NCBI GenBank assembly: GCA_028702545.1
Contig: JAQVOQ010000002.1
Span: forward strand, 1-33,406
Length of the DNA stretch: 33,406 bases
Direction of reading: 5' to 3'
Origin: Clostridia bacterium
GTDB taxonomy: Bacteria; Bacillota; Clostridia; Christensenellales; UBA1242
Shown here piece by piece: positions 1-6,928 of this stretch. A program made the position numbers and the translations under genes. The notes beneath the pieces are model-generated. The model saw only the letters and a program-made list of their open reading frames with translations. It did no database searches and was not told the DNA's origin. Each line of letters starts with the position of its first letter. The first letter of the stretch is position 1.

Positions 1-1
1 A

Positions 2-445
2 ATCAACCTAGATCAAATAGGTGGGCTAAATACTGAGGTGCTAGAAGTTAATATAGCAACAGTAGATAATGTTACGATTGATTTAAGCTTTATAGTAAAG
101 CTTGATATGCAAGATATTAAAAATCAATTAGGTTTCTTTGGATTTTTCTTACCAGATACGCTATATGTTCAAGCACAAAATACCTTAGAGTTAATAGAAG
201 GCGAATATGCTTTAATTTCTGCTAGTATTAAAGTTAATAATTTAGACGAGGAAACAAACACAAGGATGCTTGAAATTTTGGTTAAGGCATTGAGTAATGA
301 CAACCCAGACTTAACGGTGCAGGAGCTAAATGAGGCGACAGGAAGGCTAATATTAGAAGGAATTAAACAAGCATCAACAACTTTTAATACAAGTATTACT
401 TTTAATAATGGTAGCATAACATTTACGCCTATTGCTTCAATTTAA
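2..445 (+). CDS. C-terminal fragment of a hypothetical protein; the ORF is open to the 5' window edge
   Basis: The frame is open from nt 2, with no stop before the GTG at 38 used by the ORF track. Stop TAA at 443-445 is followed by a hairpin terminator. The sequence is N/T/I-rich, ends ...NNGSITFTPIASI, and matches no family I recognise. Confidence 0.6.
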   Translation: MNLDQIGGLNTEVLEVNIATVDNVTIDLSFIVKLDMQDIKNQLGFFGFFLPDTLYVQAQNTLELIEGEYALISASIKVNNLDEETNTRMLEILVKALSNDNPDLTVQELNEATGRLILEGIKQASTTFNTSITFNNGSITFTPIASI

Positions 446-451
446 TTTAAT

Positions 452-480
452 AAAAAAACTAGCTAATTGCTAGTTTTTTT
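452..480. terminator. bidirectional intrinsic terminator
   Basis: CTAGC (459-463) pairs with GCTAG (469-473), flanked by A7 and T7 runs. It lies between convergent ORFs ending at 445 (+) and 493 (-). Confidence 0.7.
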
Positions 481-492
481 AAGCGTACAAAC

Positions 493-942
493 TTATCTTG
501 AGAATGAATTAATTTTTACTATTTCTTTTCCATAATTCTCTGCATATATTTGTTCCTGAGCCTGATATAATAGCTTTAATTGGTAATTACTATAAGTACT
601 TAATTTGCTTTTAATTATAGTTTTTAATACATCTTTTTCAACATCTTCTAGTTCATTCAAAACACTAGAAATTTGGTAAATAGCAGAAGGACCAGATTTC
701 ATCTTTTCGCCATCAAAGGTGCTAGTTGGCAAATAGAATTTAGCAAATTCTTTATAAATTTCTGCACCTCCAATTATAAAGTTTTGTTTTTGTTTTGTTT
801 TTGTGTTGTAAATCATATTATATTTTTTTAAAAATTCTTTGACATCGGCATCATCCAAACAAAGAACACCTTCTGTTTTAAAAGCATAGTATGTAGATAA
901 CATAACAAATTTTCTTGCATCTACTAGAAAAAATTTATTCAT
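493..942 (-). CDS. hypothetical protein (149 aa)
   Basis: ORF-track ORF 493..1062 is trimmed to the ATG at 942, which has GGGGG (948-952, minus strand) 5 nt upstream. The 40 upstream codons have no RBS. No domain recognised. Confidence 0.6.
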   Translation of the reverse strand: MNKFFLVDARKFVMLSTYYAFKTEGVLCLDDADVKEFLKKYNMIYNTKTKQKQNFIIGGAEIYKEFAKFYLPTSTFDGEKMKSGPSAIYQISSVLNELEDVEKDVLKTIIKSKLSTYSNYQLKLLYQAQEQIYAENYGKEIVKINSFSR

Positions 943-1093
943 AAATTCCCCCGTATTTTTAATGTAATTAATTATATTATTTAATAAAGTAAAAAACAAT
1001 AGTATTTTTAATAAAAAATGGGTAGATAAAGCGCACTCATATAATTGTGTTAAATTTGTCAAAATTAAAAAAATAAATTATTATCATATTTAT

Positions 1094-1127
1094 AAAAAAC
1101 TCAACCTTAAATCGAGTTGAGTTTTTT
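1094..1127. terminator. intrinsic terminator ending the tasA-like/sipW/HD-GYP operon
   Basis: CTCAAC (1100-1105) pairs with GTTGAG (1116-1121), flanked by A and T runs, immediately downstream of the minus-strand stop at 1132. Confidence 0.7.
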
Positions 1128-1131
1128 ATAC

Positions 1132-1776
1132 TTACCATTTAACCCTTAAAACTTTTTTAACAAAAATTTTTGCAAGGCTTAAGTCAAATTGAGTACCGGA
1201 ACAACGCTTTATCTCTTCCACTGCTAGTTTTTTAGAAAGAGCTTTTCTATATGGACGATTTGAAGTCATAGCATCATAGCTGTCTGCAAGAGCTATAATA
1301 CGAGCAGGTAAGCAAATTTGCTCACCACTTATTTGATTTGGATAACCTTGTCCATCCCATCTTTCGTGGTGTTCTAGCACAAATTGTGAAATTTTTTCTA
1401 AATCATTAGATAAATTTAGTATTTTGCTTCCCATTAAACTATGGGTTTTAATTTTTTCAAACTGAAGACTTGTTAATTTTTGTTTGCTATTTAGTATTTC
1501 ATCTGAAATACCTAATTTTCCAATATCGTGCATAAGTGCTGCAAGAGAAATTTGTCTTATAGTGTCTTTATCTAAGTTTACACTTTGAGCAAGTTTTTTT
1601 GCCAACTTACTTGTTCGTTTTGAATGTGAAAAATAGTTTACACTTTTATTTGCCAGCGCATGCATGATCATCTTTTTATCGTTTTCAATATTTTCAACAT
1701 AATCAGCATTATCAACGATAAATAGTAACATATCTTGTAGAATATTATTTTTTGTTGTAGCTATTTTTTCCATCAT
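1132..1776 (-). CDS. stand-alone HD-GYP domain phosphodiesterase
   Basis: 214 aa with the HD motif LMHDIGK and the HHERWDGQGYP signature. A GAGGA RBS is present. The gene starts only 24 nt after the sipW stop, so it is probably co-transcribed. Confidence 0.9.
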   Translation of the reverse strand: MMEKIATTKNNILQDMLLFIVDNADYVENIENDKKMIMHALANKSVNYFSHSKRTSKLAKKLAQSVNLDKDTIRQISLAALMHDIGKLGISDEILNSKQKLTSLQFEKIKTHSLMGSKILNLSNDLEKISQFVLEHHERWDGQGYPNQISGEQICLPARIIALADSYDAMTSNRPYRKALSKKLAVEEIKRCSGTQFDLSLAKIFVKKVLRVKW

Positions 1777-1800
1777 CTATCCTCACAGTTAGTATTTTAT

Positions 1801-2361
1801 TTATTTTTTCTTTTTGCCAATCTTTAGGTAATCCGCTACTAAAAATATTATTACTATGTCAAAAATTATTACTGATTTGCCAAATGGAGATTCAGCAAAC
1901 ATTAATAAGCTTCCAAGTTTAGGTATCTTAAAAGCAAAAATTCCAATAATGTCATCTTGAGTTATTTCCCAGTCGTCCCAGTCCACATAACTAGTAACAT
2001 TTTCTCTTTTTGTATTAAATGTTTTGTTGCCAAATTCATCGGTAGTTACATTTGCTATGTAATGGACAACTATTTCGTTTTTTCCATTATCATTTAAATC
2101 ATGATAAAAACTTATAATAGTGTCTACGACTAAATCCTCAGGGTTATAATTATTATCAACAATAACTATATCTCCACGACTAATTGTTGGACTCATACTG
2201 TTTGACACTATAATAAAATGTTGTTTAGTATTGAAGAAGGGAACAAAGTTAAAAATCACAAACCCAACAGCATAAATAATAAATAGTATGCATAAAAAAC
2301 GAATCCATTTTTTTAATTCGGAAGTGTCTTTTTTACTAGTTAAGTTGTTATTTTTTGCCAT
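1801..2361 (-). CDS. sipW: SipW-type (S26B, ER/archaeal-like) signal peptidase I
   Basis: 186 aa. An N-terminal TM helix is followed by the Ser box SNSMSPTISRGDIVIV, a later His box (VVHYIANV) and a C-terminal TM. The gene sits directly downstream of a protein with a SipW-class signal peptide. Confidence 0.8.
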   Translation of the reverse strand: MAKNNNLTSKKDTSELKKWIRFLCILFIIYAVGFVIFNFVPFFNTKQHFIIVSNSMSPTISRGDIVIVDNNYNPEDLVVDTIISFYHDLNDNGKNEIVVHYIANVTTDEFGNKTFNTKRENVTSYVDWDDWEITQDDIIGIFAFKIPKLGSLLMFAESPFGKSVIIFDIVIIFLVADYLKIGKKKK

Positions 2362-2499
2362 GCTATTTACCCAAAGCCCTTGTTATTAAAAAAAGAAAAG
2401 TTTATAATTTATACATTCTTTGCTTTTTTAAGTAAAATTTATTTTGTTTTTAAACAATACTGCATTAATATATGCATTATAAATAATTTTAAAGTTTGA

Positions 2500-3039
2500 T
2501 TATGCTTCTGTTACTTCAAAACTAATTTCAAATGTAATAGAATTTCCTGCAAGCGCAAGATAAGCTGCATCATAATCTTCTGCGTCTAATAAACTATCAT
2601 CAATTGTAACGCTTAAGCTAACTATAACATCACTATTTTGAATAGTTCCTGGGTTAGTAACTACTACGCTGATTAAACCATAAGGGTTTGCAACTGAATC
2701 AACTTCAATATTGCTAACTGTTACTTCTAAATCTAATGCTGCGTCAAGTGGTTCTGCAATTCTTACAGTATATTCTAAAACTACTTCATGAGTATCACCA
2801 GTTTTTAATATAGCGTCTGCTGGAACTAAACTACCATCTGTTAAAGGATCAATTTCAACATCTAATACAACCAATTCTAAACCTTGACCAACAGTTACAA
2901 TGTCTTGCTCTAGACGGTTTACTGTTAATGAATCCCACCATGAAAATGCGATTGTAGAACCTCCTAAAAGTATTACTGCGAAAATAAGTACTAAAATTTT
3001 TCTCATCATTTGATTTTTTTCTTTTTTACCAGTTTCCAT
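2500..3039 (-). CDS. TasA/camelysin-like secreted protein with a SipW-dependent-type signal peptide
   Basis: 179 aa with a GGAGG RBS at 3048-3052. The signal peptide ends LLGGSTIAFSWWDS (compare TasA GGGTWAAFND). The C-terminal strand NSITFEISFEVTEA resembles TasA NSIKLQFSFEATQ. Confidence 0.7.
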   Translation of the reverse strand: METGKKEKNQMMRKILVLIFAVILLGGSTIAFSWWDSLTVNRLEQDIVTVGQGLELVVLDVEIDPLTDGSLVPADAILKTGDTHEVVLEYTVRIAEPLDAALDLEVTVSNIEVDSVANPYGLISVVVTNPGTIQNSDVIVSLSVTIDDSLLDAEDYDAAYLALAGNSITFEISFEVTEA

Positions 3040-3071
3040 TTTGTTTTCCTCCGTTATTTTTTTAATTGATT

Positions 3072-3110
3072 AAAAAACAAAAAGCCACATTTATACAATA
3101 TAAATATGGC
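3072..3110 (-). terminator. leader (attenuator) terminator upstream of the tasA-like gene
   Basis: The minus-strand RNA forms GCCAUAUUUAUA (3099-3110) paired with UAUAAAUGUGGC (3084-3095), loop UUG, followed by UUUUUGUUUUUU. One pair is G.U on the minus strand but C.A on the plus strand, so the hairpin is strand-specific. It lies between the promoter and the RBS. Confidence 0.75.
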
Positions 3111-3178
3111 ACCTGGCTATCTTGCTGTGCAAGACCATATAGTTTTCCGTCACTAGATCACTCTAGTTTTAGCTTTTT
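3100..3178 (-). promoter_or_regulatory. candidate riboswitch aptamer, GEMM-I (c-di-GMP-I)-like
   Basis: The minus-strand RNA reads GCUAAAAC-CUAGA-GUGA-UCUAG-UGACGGAAAAC-UAUAUGG-UCUUGC-ACA-GCAAGA-UAGCCAGGUGCCAUAU. It has a GNRA-capped hairpin and a second hairpin closed by AUAUGG/CCAUAU, whose 3' strand overlaps the terminator arm. The strings echo the Vc2 motifs GGCAAACC..GGGACGCAAAGCC..UAGCGGGGUUACC. No covariance-model search was run. Confidence 0.45.
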
Positions 3179-3218
3179 CATAATTTTTGATTACTTTTTA
3201 TTTTTCTTAATCTTTTTT

Positions 3219-3247
3219 ATTTTAACCTTTTTAAAGAGTATAGTCAA
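3219..3247 (-). promoter_or_regulatory. sigma-A type promoter of the leader/tasA-like operon
   Basis: On the minus strand, TTGACT (3242-3247) is followed by a 17-nt spacer and TAAAAT (3219-3224). Confidence 0.65.
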
Positions 3248-3493
3248 CAAAAATAAAGCTTTTATTTAATTTTTTTTATTTTTTTTTTAAAAAGTTGTTT
3301 TAATTGTTATAATATTGACAAAGTAGCCGATTATATTGAGTTTACCGCTCATTTTATTATATGTATATGCTTTAATTTTGTAAAAGTTTAGATAGTTTTT
3401 ATGTAAATTTTAATATTTAGCCTCTTGTTTTATCAAATTCGTTTGATAAGCTTTTGTTTTTAAATAAATGCTTAACAGCATTAAAGTATTTAT

Positions 3494-3568
3494 TGGTGCA
3501 CCCGTCAGGACTCGAACCCGAAATATTTGTTTCGAAGACAAATGTGATATCCGTTTCACTACAAGTGC
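3494..3568 (-). tRNA. tRNA-Arg (anticodon UCG), CCA encoded
   Basis: A manual cloverleaf works. Acceptor GCACUUG pairs with CGGGUGC (two G.U pairs); D arm is GUGA-AACGGAUA-UCAC; anticodon arm is UUUGU-CUUCGAA-ACAAA; T arm is UCGGG-UUCGAGU-CCUGA; discriminator A precedes CCA. Confidence 0.9.
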
Positions 3569-3581
3569 AAATAACATCAAT

Positions 3582-3610
3582 AGTTTAATGTTTGATAGTC
3601 TCTTTGTCAA
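3582..3610 (-). promoter_or_regulatory. promoter of the tRNA-Arg gene
   Basis: On the minus strand, TTGACA (3605-3610) is followed by a 17-nt spacer and TAAACT (3582-3587), about 13 nt upstream of tRNA position 1. Confidence 0.6.
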
Positions 3611-3728
3611 ATCAATTTTTTCTAGTTTTAAAAAAATAAGCTTTTACTGTTAAACAAATCAATAATAATTGTTTAGTTTTTATTATTATGCTATATTTAT
3701 AATATGAAAATGACAAAAGAGGGAAAAG

Positions 3729-4358
3729 ATGAACTTATTTGATATTTTAAATAAAGAATACGAATTGAGAGTAAATCCAGCTGAAAAATTTGACCTTGTA
3801 AATGTTTCACGCTATTTTAATGAAGATGAAGACAGATACAAGCATATTTTGGGCGTTGCAGCACATATGAAGGCGCTAGTTGAACAACTTGGACTGGACG
3901 ATGAAGAAAAAGAAGACTTAATGAAAATAGCATATCTTCACGATATAGGATATTCTAAAAGAGTTATGTCAAGAGGATTTTATGCACTAGATAGTGCAAT
4001 TTTTGCACTTGAGAAAGCATTTGGCGAAACAGTTGCGCTTGCTATTATGTTTCACACCGCAGCTTACGGCGAGTCAAGGCACTTGAGTGTTAGCATTAAA
4101 TATATTTATGACAAAGCCAAATTGCTATTAAATGCAAATGAAAAAGCAAAACGATATGTTGAGCTTATAACCTATTGCGACCTTCATACCGAGAGCGATG
4201 GAAGACCGACGACAACGCCAAGACGCATATTTAAAATACTAGCAAGATATGAAAAAGGCAGTCCAACTTATAAGAACATAAAAGCACACAAAAGATATTT
4301 TAAAAATCTAACTAAAAAAATTAGAACAAGCGTTTTAAAAGAAAAAATTGTTAGTTAA
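3729..4358 (+). CDS. HD domain-containing phosphohydrolase
   Basis: 209 aa with H..HD spacing (HILGVAAHM ... AYLHDIGYS ... MFHTAAY). RBS is AGAGGGAAAAG. It lacks the GYP motif. Confidence 0.8.
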   Translation: MNLFDILNKEYELRVNPAEKFDLVNVSRYFNEDEDRYKHILGVAAHMKALVEQLGLDDEEKEDLMKIAYLHDIGYSKRVMSRGFYALDSAIFALEKAFGETVALAIMFHTAAYGESRHLSVSIKYIYDKAKLLLNANEKAKRYVELITYCDLHTESDGRPTTTPRRIFKILARYEKGSPTYKNIKAHKRYFKNLTKKIRTSVLKEKIVS

Positions 4359-4368
4359 GGAAACTTTG

Positions 4369-4554
4369 ATGGAGTACGAATTAAAAGATAAATTAATAAG
4401 CAAAAAACAACATCCTTGTGGCTTCAATGAGTGGGAAATTATAAGAACGGGCGCAGATTATAAACTAAAATGTTTAGGTTGTGGGCATATTATTTTAGTG
4501 GATTATAGTATTTTAAAAAAAATGACAAAGCAAATAATCAAAAAGGAAAATTAA
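4369..4554 (+). CDS. DUF951 family small protein
   Basis: KKQHPCGFNEWEIIRTGADYKLKCLGCGHIILV matches the DUF951/YyzM-type HPCG...W.IIR.G.D...KC.GC.H pattern. The ATG at 4369 with an AAGGAA RBS is preferred over the TTG at 4348, which overlaps the upstream stop. Confidence 0.8.
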   Translation: MEYELKDKLISKKQHPCGFNEWEIIRTGADYKLKCLGCGHIILVDYSILKKMTKQIIKKEN

Positions 4555-4557
4555 TTT

Positions 4558-5229
4558 TTGAAAAAATTAGACATTTCAAAAAAAGGCTTTGTAGAGGTAA
4601 ATGCCTCTTCAAAAGCACTTAATACTGCTTTAAATTATATTCTTTTTTTAAGTGTAATAATCAGTATTGCATTTTTTTCTTTTTCTTATTTTTTTATTGA
4701 TGTGCAAGTCGTAGGACCATCAATGCAACCTACTGTCAATGCACAATGGACAACAGAAGATAATTATAAGCAAGACACTGCGTATATTAAAAAAAGCAAC
4801 AATTATAATAAAGGAGATATAATTGTTGCGCAGTCAACGGGAGACCTCTATGTTATTAAAAGATTAATAGCAATAGAGGGCGACAGAGTAAATATTGTAG
4901 AAAATTTAATAAGCGGTGAAATAGAGCTTTATTTAAATAATGAGTTATTAGTTGAAGATTATGTCGTTTATAAAGATGGTATGAGTTATACTTTAAATAA
5001 CTTTAATAATTTAAGGTCAACAATGCCAGAAAATTTTGTCGAAGATGATTTAATTATACCAGAAAATTATGTGTTTTATTTAGGCGACAACCGTGGTCAA
5101 AGTCAAGATTGCAGTTATTATGGACCAATAGAAAAAGAAAAAGTTATAGGCAAGGTTGATATTATAGTGCCTTATGGTCAAACTTTTGTGGGGTTTATGT
5201 GGCAAGAGTTTATATCATTATTTAATTAA
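4558..5229 (+). CDS. lepB: signal peptidase I (bacterial LepB type)
   Basis: 223 aa. A TM helix is followed by GPSMQPT (Ser box), IKRLIAIEGD (Lys box) and GDNRGQSQDCSYYGP. TTG start with an AAGGAAAA RBS. Confidence 0.9.
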   Translation: MKKLDISKKGFVEVNASSKALNTALNYILFLSVIISIAFFSFSYFFIDVQVVGPSMQPTVNAQWTTEDNYKQDTAYIKKSNNYNKGDIIVAQSTGDLYVIKRLIAIEGDRVNIVENLISGEIELYLNNELLVEDYVVYKDGMSYTLNNFNNLRSTMPENFVEDDLIIPENYVFYLGDNRGQSQDCSYYGPIEKEKVIGKVDIIVPYGQTFVGFMWQEFISLFN

Positions 5230-5256
5230 AAAAGAAGTTCAATAACTTCTTTTTTA
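5228..5256. terminator. bidirectional intrinsic terminator
   Basis: GAAGTT (5234-5239) pairs with AACTTC (5244-5249), loop CAAT, flanked by A and T runs. It lies between convergent lepB and radC. Confidence 0.75.
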
Positions 5257-5262
5257 ATTTTT

Positions 5263-6018
5263 TTATACTTCATATTTTGGTGCTTTTTGCCTTAGAACAT
5301 CAAAGTCAAGTATTGAATTAAATTCTCTATTAAAAACCTTAAATAGCCCGTCTTTGTTAAAGCTATAATAATCGTCCTTAGCAATAATTAAATGGTCCAT
5401 AACGCAAATGCCATTTAGCGACAAAGACAAATAAACTTTTTTAGTTAAAATAATATCTTCTGCGCTCGGCTGACTAGTACCACTTGGATGATTATGTACT
5501 AAAATTATTCCGCTCGCACTCGTTTGAAGTGCAGTTTGAGTTATCTGTTGCAAATTAAGTGACACTTGATTGTTTGTTCCTTTTGACAAAAGTTTAGCCA
5601 GCAAAACTTTGCTTTTTGAGTTTAAACATATTAAATAAAATTCCTCATAAGGCACGAGCTTTATCATATCTCCTAAATAGTCAAAAACTTGCATAGGGCT
5701 AGTAATACACACGCCACTTTGCATTTTGCTTTTTTTATAAGCTTTTAATATTTGAGGAATAAGTTCAATAAAAGCAGAGGCTTTTTCGCCCATTCCATCT
5801 ACTTTCATTAAATCAGATGTTTTAGCCTCTAAAACTTTTGCCAAACTACCAAACTCTTTAATAAGTTTATGCGCAATAGGGTTTGTATCAACTCTAGGTA
5901 AATAAAAACTTAAAATAAGTTCTAATACTTGGTGCTCATTAAAACTATCAAGCCCATTTTCAATGGCTCTAACTCTTAATCTTTCTCTATGCCCTTCGTG
6001 CAAATTTTCGTCTTTCAA
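5263..6018 (-). CDS. radC: RadC-like JAB/MPN domain protein
   Basis: 251 aa with N-terminal GHRERLR, helix-hairpin-helix-like KVDGMGEKA and the JAMM motif HNHPSGTSQPSAED. TTG start with an AAGGA RBS. Confidence 0.9.
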   Translation of the reverse strand: MKDENLHEGHRERLRVRAIENGLDSFNEHQVLELILSFYLPRVDTNPIAHKLIKEFGSLAKVLEAKTSDLMKVDGMGEKASAFIELIPQILKAYKKSKMQSGVCITSPMQVFDYLGDMIKLVPYEEFYLICLNSKSKVLLAKLLSKGTNNQVSLNLQQITQTALQTSASGIILVHNHPSGTSQPSAEDIILTKKVYLSLSLNGICVMDHLIIAKDDYYSFNKDGLFKVFNREFNSILDFDVLRQKAPKYEV

Positions 6019-6113
6019 TTTAATTTATCCTTTGTAAGTATTTATTACAGTATATATAAACTAAAAAATTAATTCAACTAATATAACTATATTAAGTTCA
6101 CAAAGCACTTAAA

Positions 6114-6911
6114 TTAAAATAGTTTTTTAATATTTGGAGTGGGTATTTGGCGCTTAATAGGTATCCCTAGTTTTTTGGCTATCTCTATGCTTTGCTTTTT
6201 AAAGCACATATACCAAGCAACACAATAAACATTAGGGTCATCTGTTTCTAATTGTTGACGCTCCAAAAGCTCTTTTACTGTTTGCGGTTGCCTCAATATA
6301 ACATCATCTCCTAACCTCCAATTAGCGGGAGTCGAAACATCTTCTAAATCAGTTATTTGTAAGGCCTGTATAACCCTTCTTACTTCTTCTAAATTTCTGC
6401 CAGTTTTGTGCCCATAATATAATATGGCCCGTATTCTTGCATCGGGATCAATTACAAACAAGGTACGAATAGTTCTTGTATTGGTTTCACCGCGATGAAT
6501 CATCCCATACTTATTGCTTATTTCCATCGTAGGGTCTGCTATTATTGGAAAGTTTATGTTAATATCTTTTAAACCATTCCATTCTATTTGATAAATGCTC
6601 TGTATCCACTCTAAATGTGAATCTATTGAATCAACACTCAAACCAAGAAGCTCGGTGTTCATATCTTTAAATTGTTGTTGCATTGTTTGAAATATCATAA
6701 ACTCACTCGTACAAACGGGCTCAAAGTCACCAGGATGACTAAAAAACACAACCCACTTTCCAGCATAATCAAAAGGAAAGTTAACGGGTCCTTTTGTTGT
6801 TTCTGCTTTAAAAGGTGCAGCACGCTCTCCAATTAGAGGCATTTTATATATTATTGGAGAGCGACCAGTTTCGCCAGTTTGCATGGCGTCTGTTTGATTT
6901 TTAATATCCAT
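6114..6911 (-). CDS. Prx6-like peroxiredoxin paralog with a variant active site (PGDFEPVC)
   Basis: 265 aa with an AAGGAG RBS. The AhpC/TSA fold motifs FSHPGDFEPVCTSEF, TIRTLFVIDP and C-terminal YCVAWYMC (C-x5-C) are present. The Thr of PxxxTxxC is Glu (codon 6720-6722). There are N- and C-terminal extensions. Confidence 0.85.
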   Translation of the reverse strand: MDIKNQTDAMQTGETGRSPIIYKMPLIGERAAPFKAETTKGPVNFPFDYAGKWVVFFSHPGDFEPVCTSEFMIFQTMQQQFKDMNTELLGLSVDSIDSHLEWIQSIYQIEWNGLKDININFPIIADPTMEISNKYGMIHRGETNTRTIRTLFVIDPDARIRAILYYGHKTGRNLEEVRRVIQALQITDLEDVSTPANWRLGDDVILRQPQTVKELLERQQLETDDPNVYCVAWYMCFKKQSIEIAKKLGIPIKRQIPTPNIKKLF

Positions 6912-6928
6912 AAAAGCTCCTTGATTTG

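Noticed and set aside
169-417. 82-aa ORF antisense to the 5' partial gene
   Set aside because: It lies entirely inside the longer sense ORF, has no RBS, and its composition is typical of antisense AT-rich coding sequence.
3066-3269. 67-aa plus-strand ORF
   Set aside because: It overlaps the minus-strand promoter, structured leader and terminator. It has no RBS and gives a low-complexity F/I/L-rich translation.
3410-3653. Two ORFs (3410..3610 minus, 3468..3653 plus)
   Set aside because: Both run through the tRNA-Arg gene and its promoter and have no RBS. The tRNA cloverleaf explains the region.
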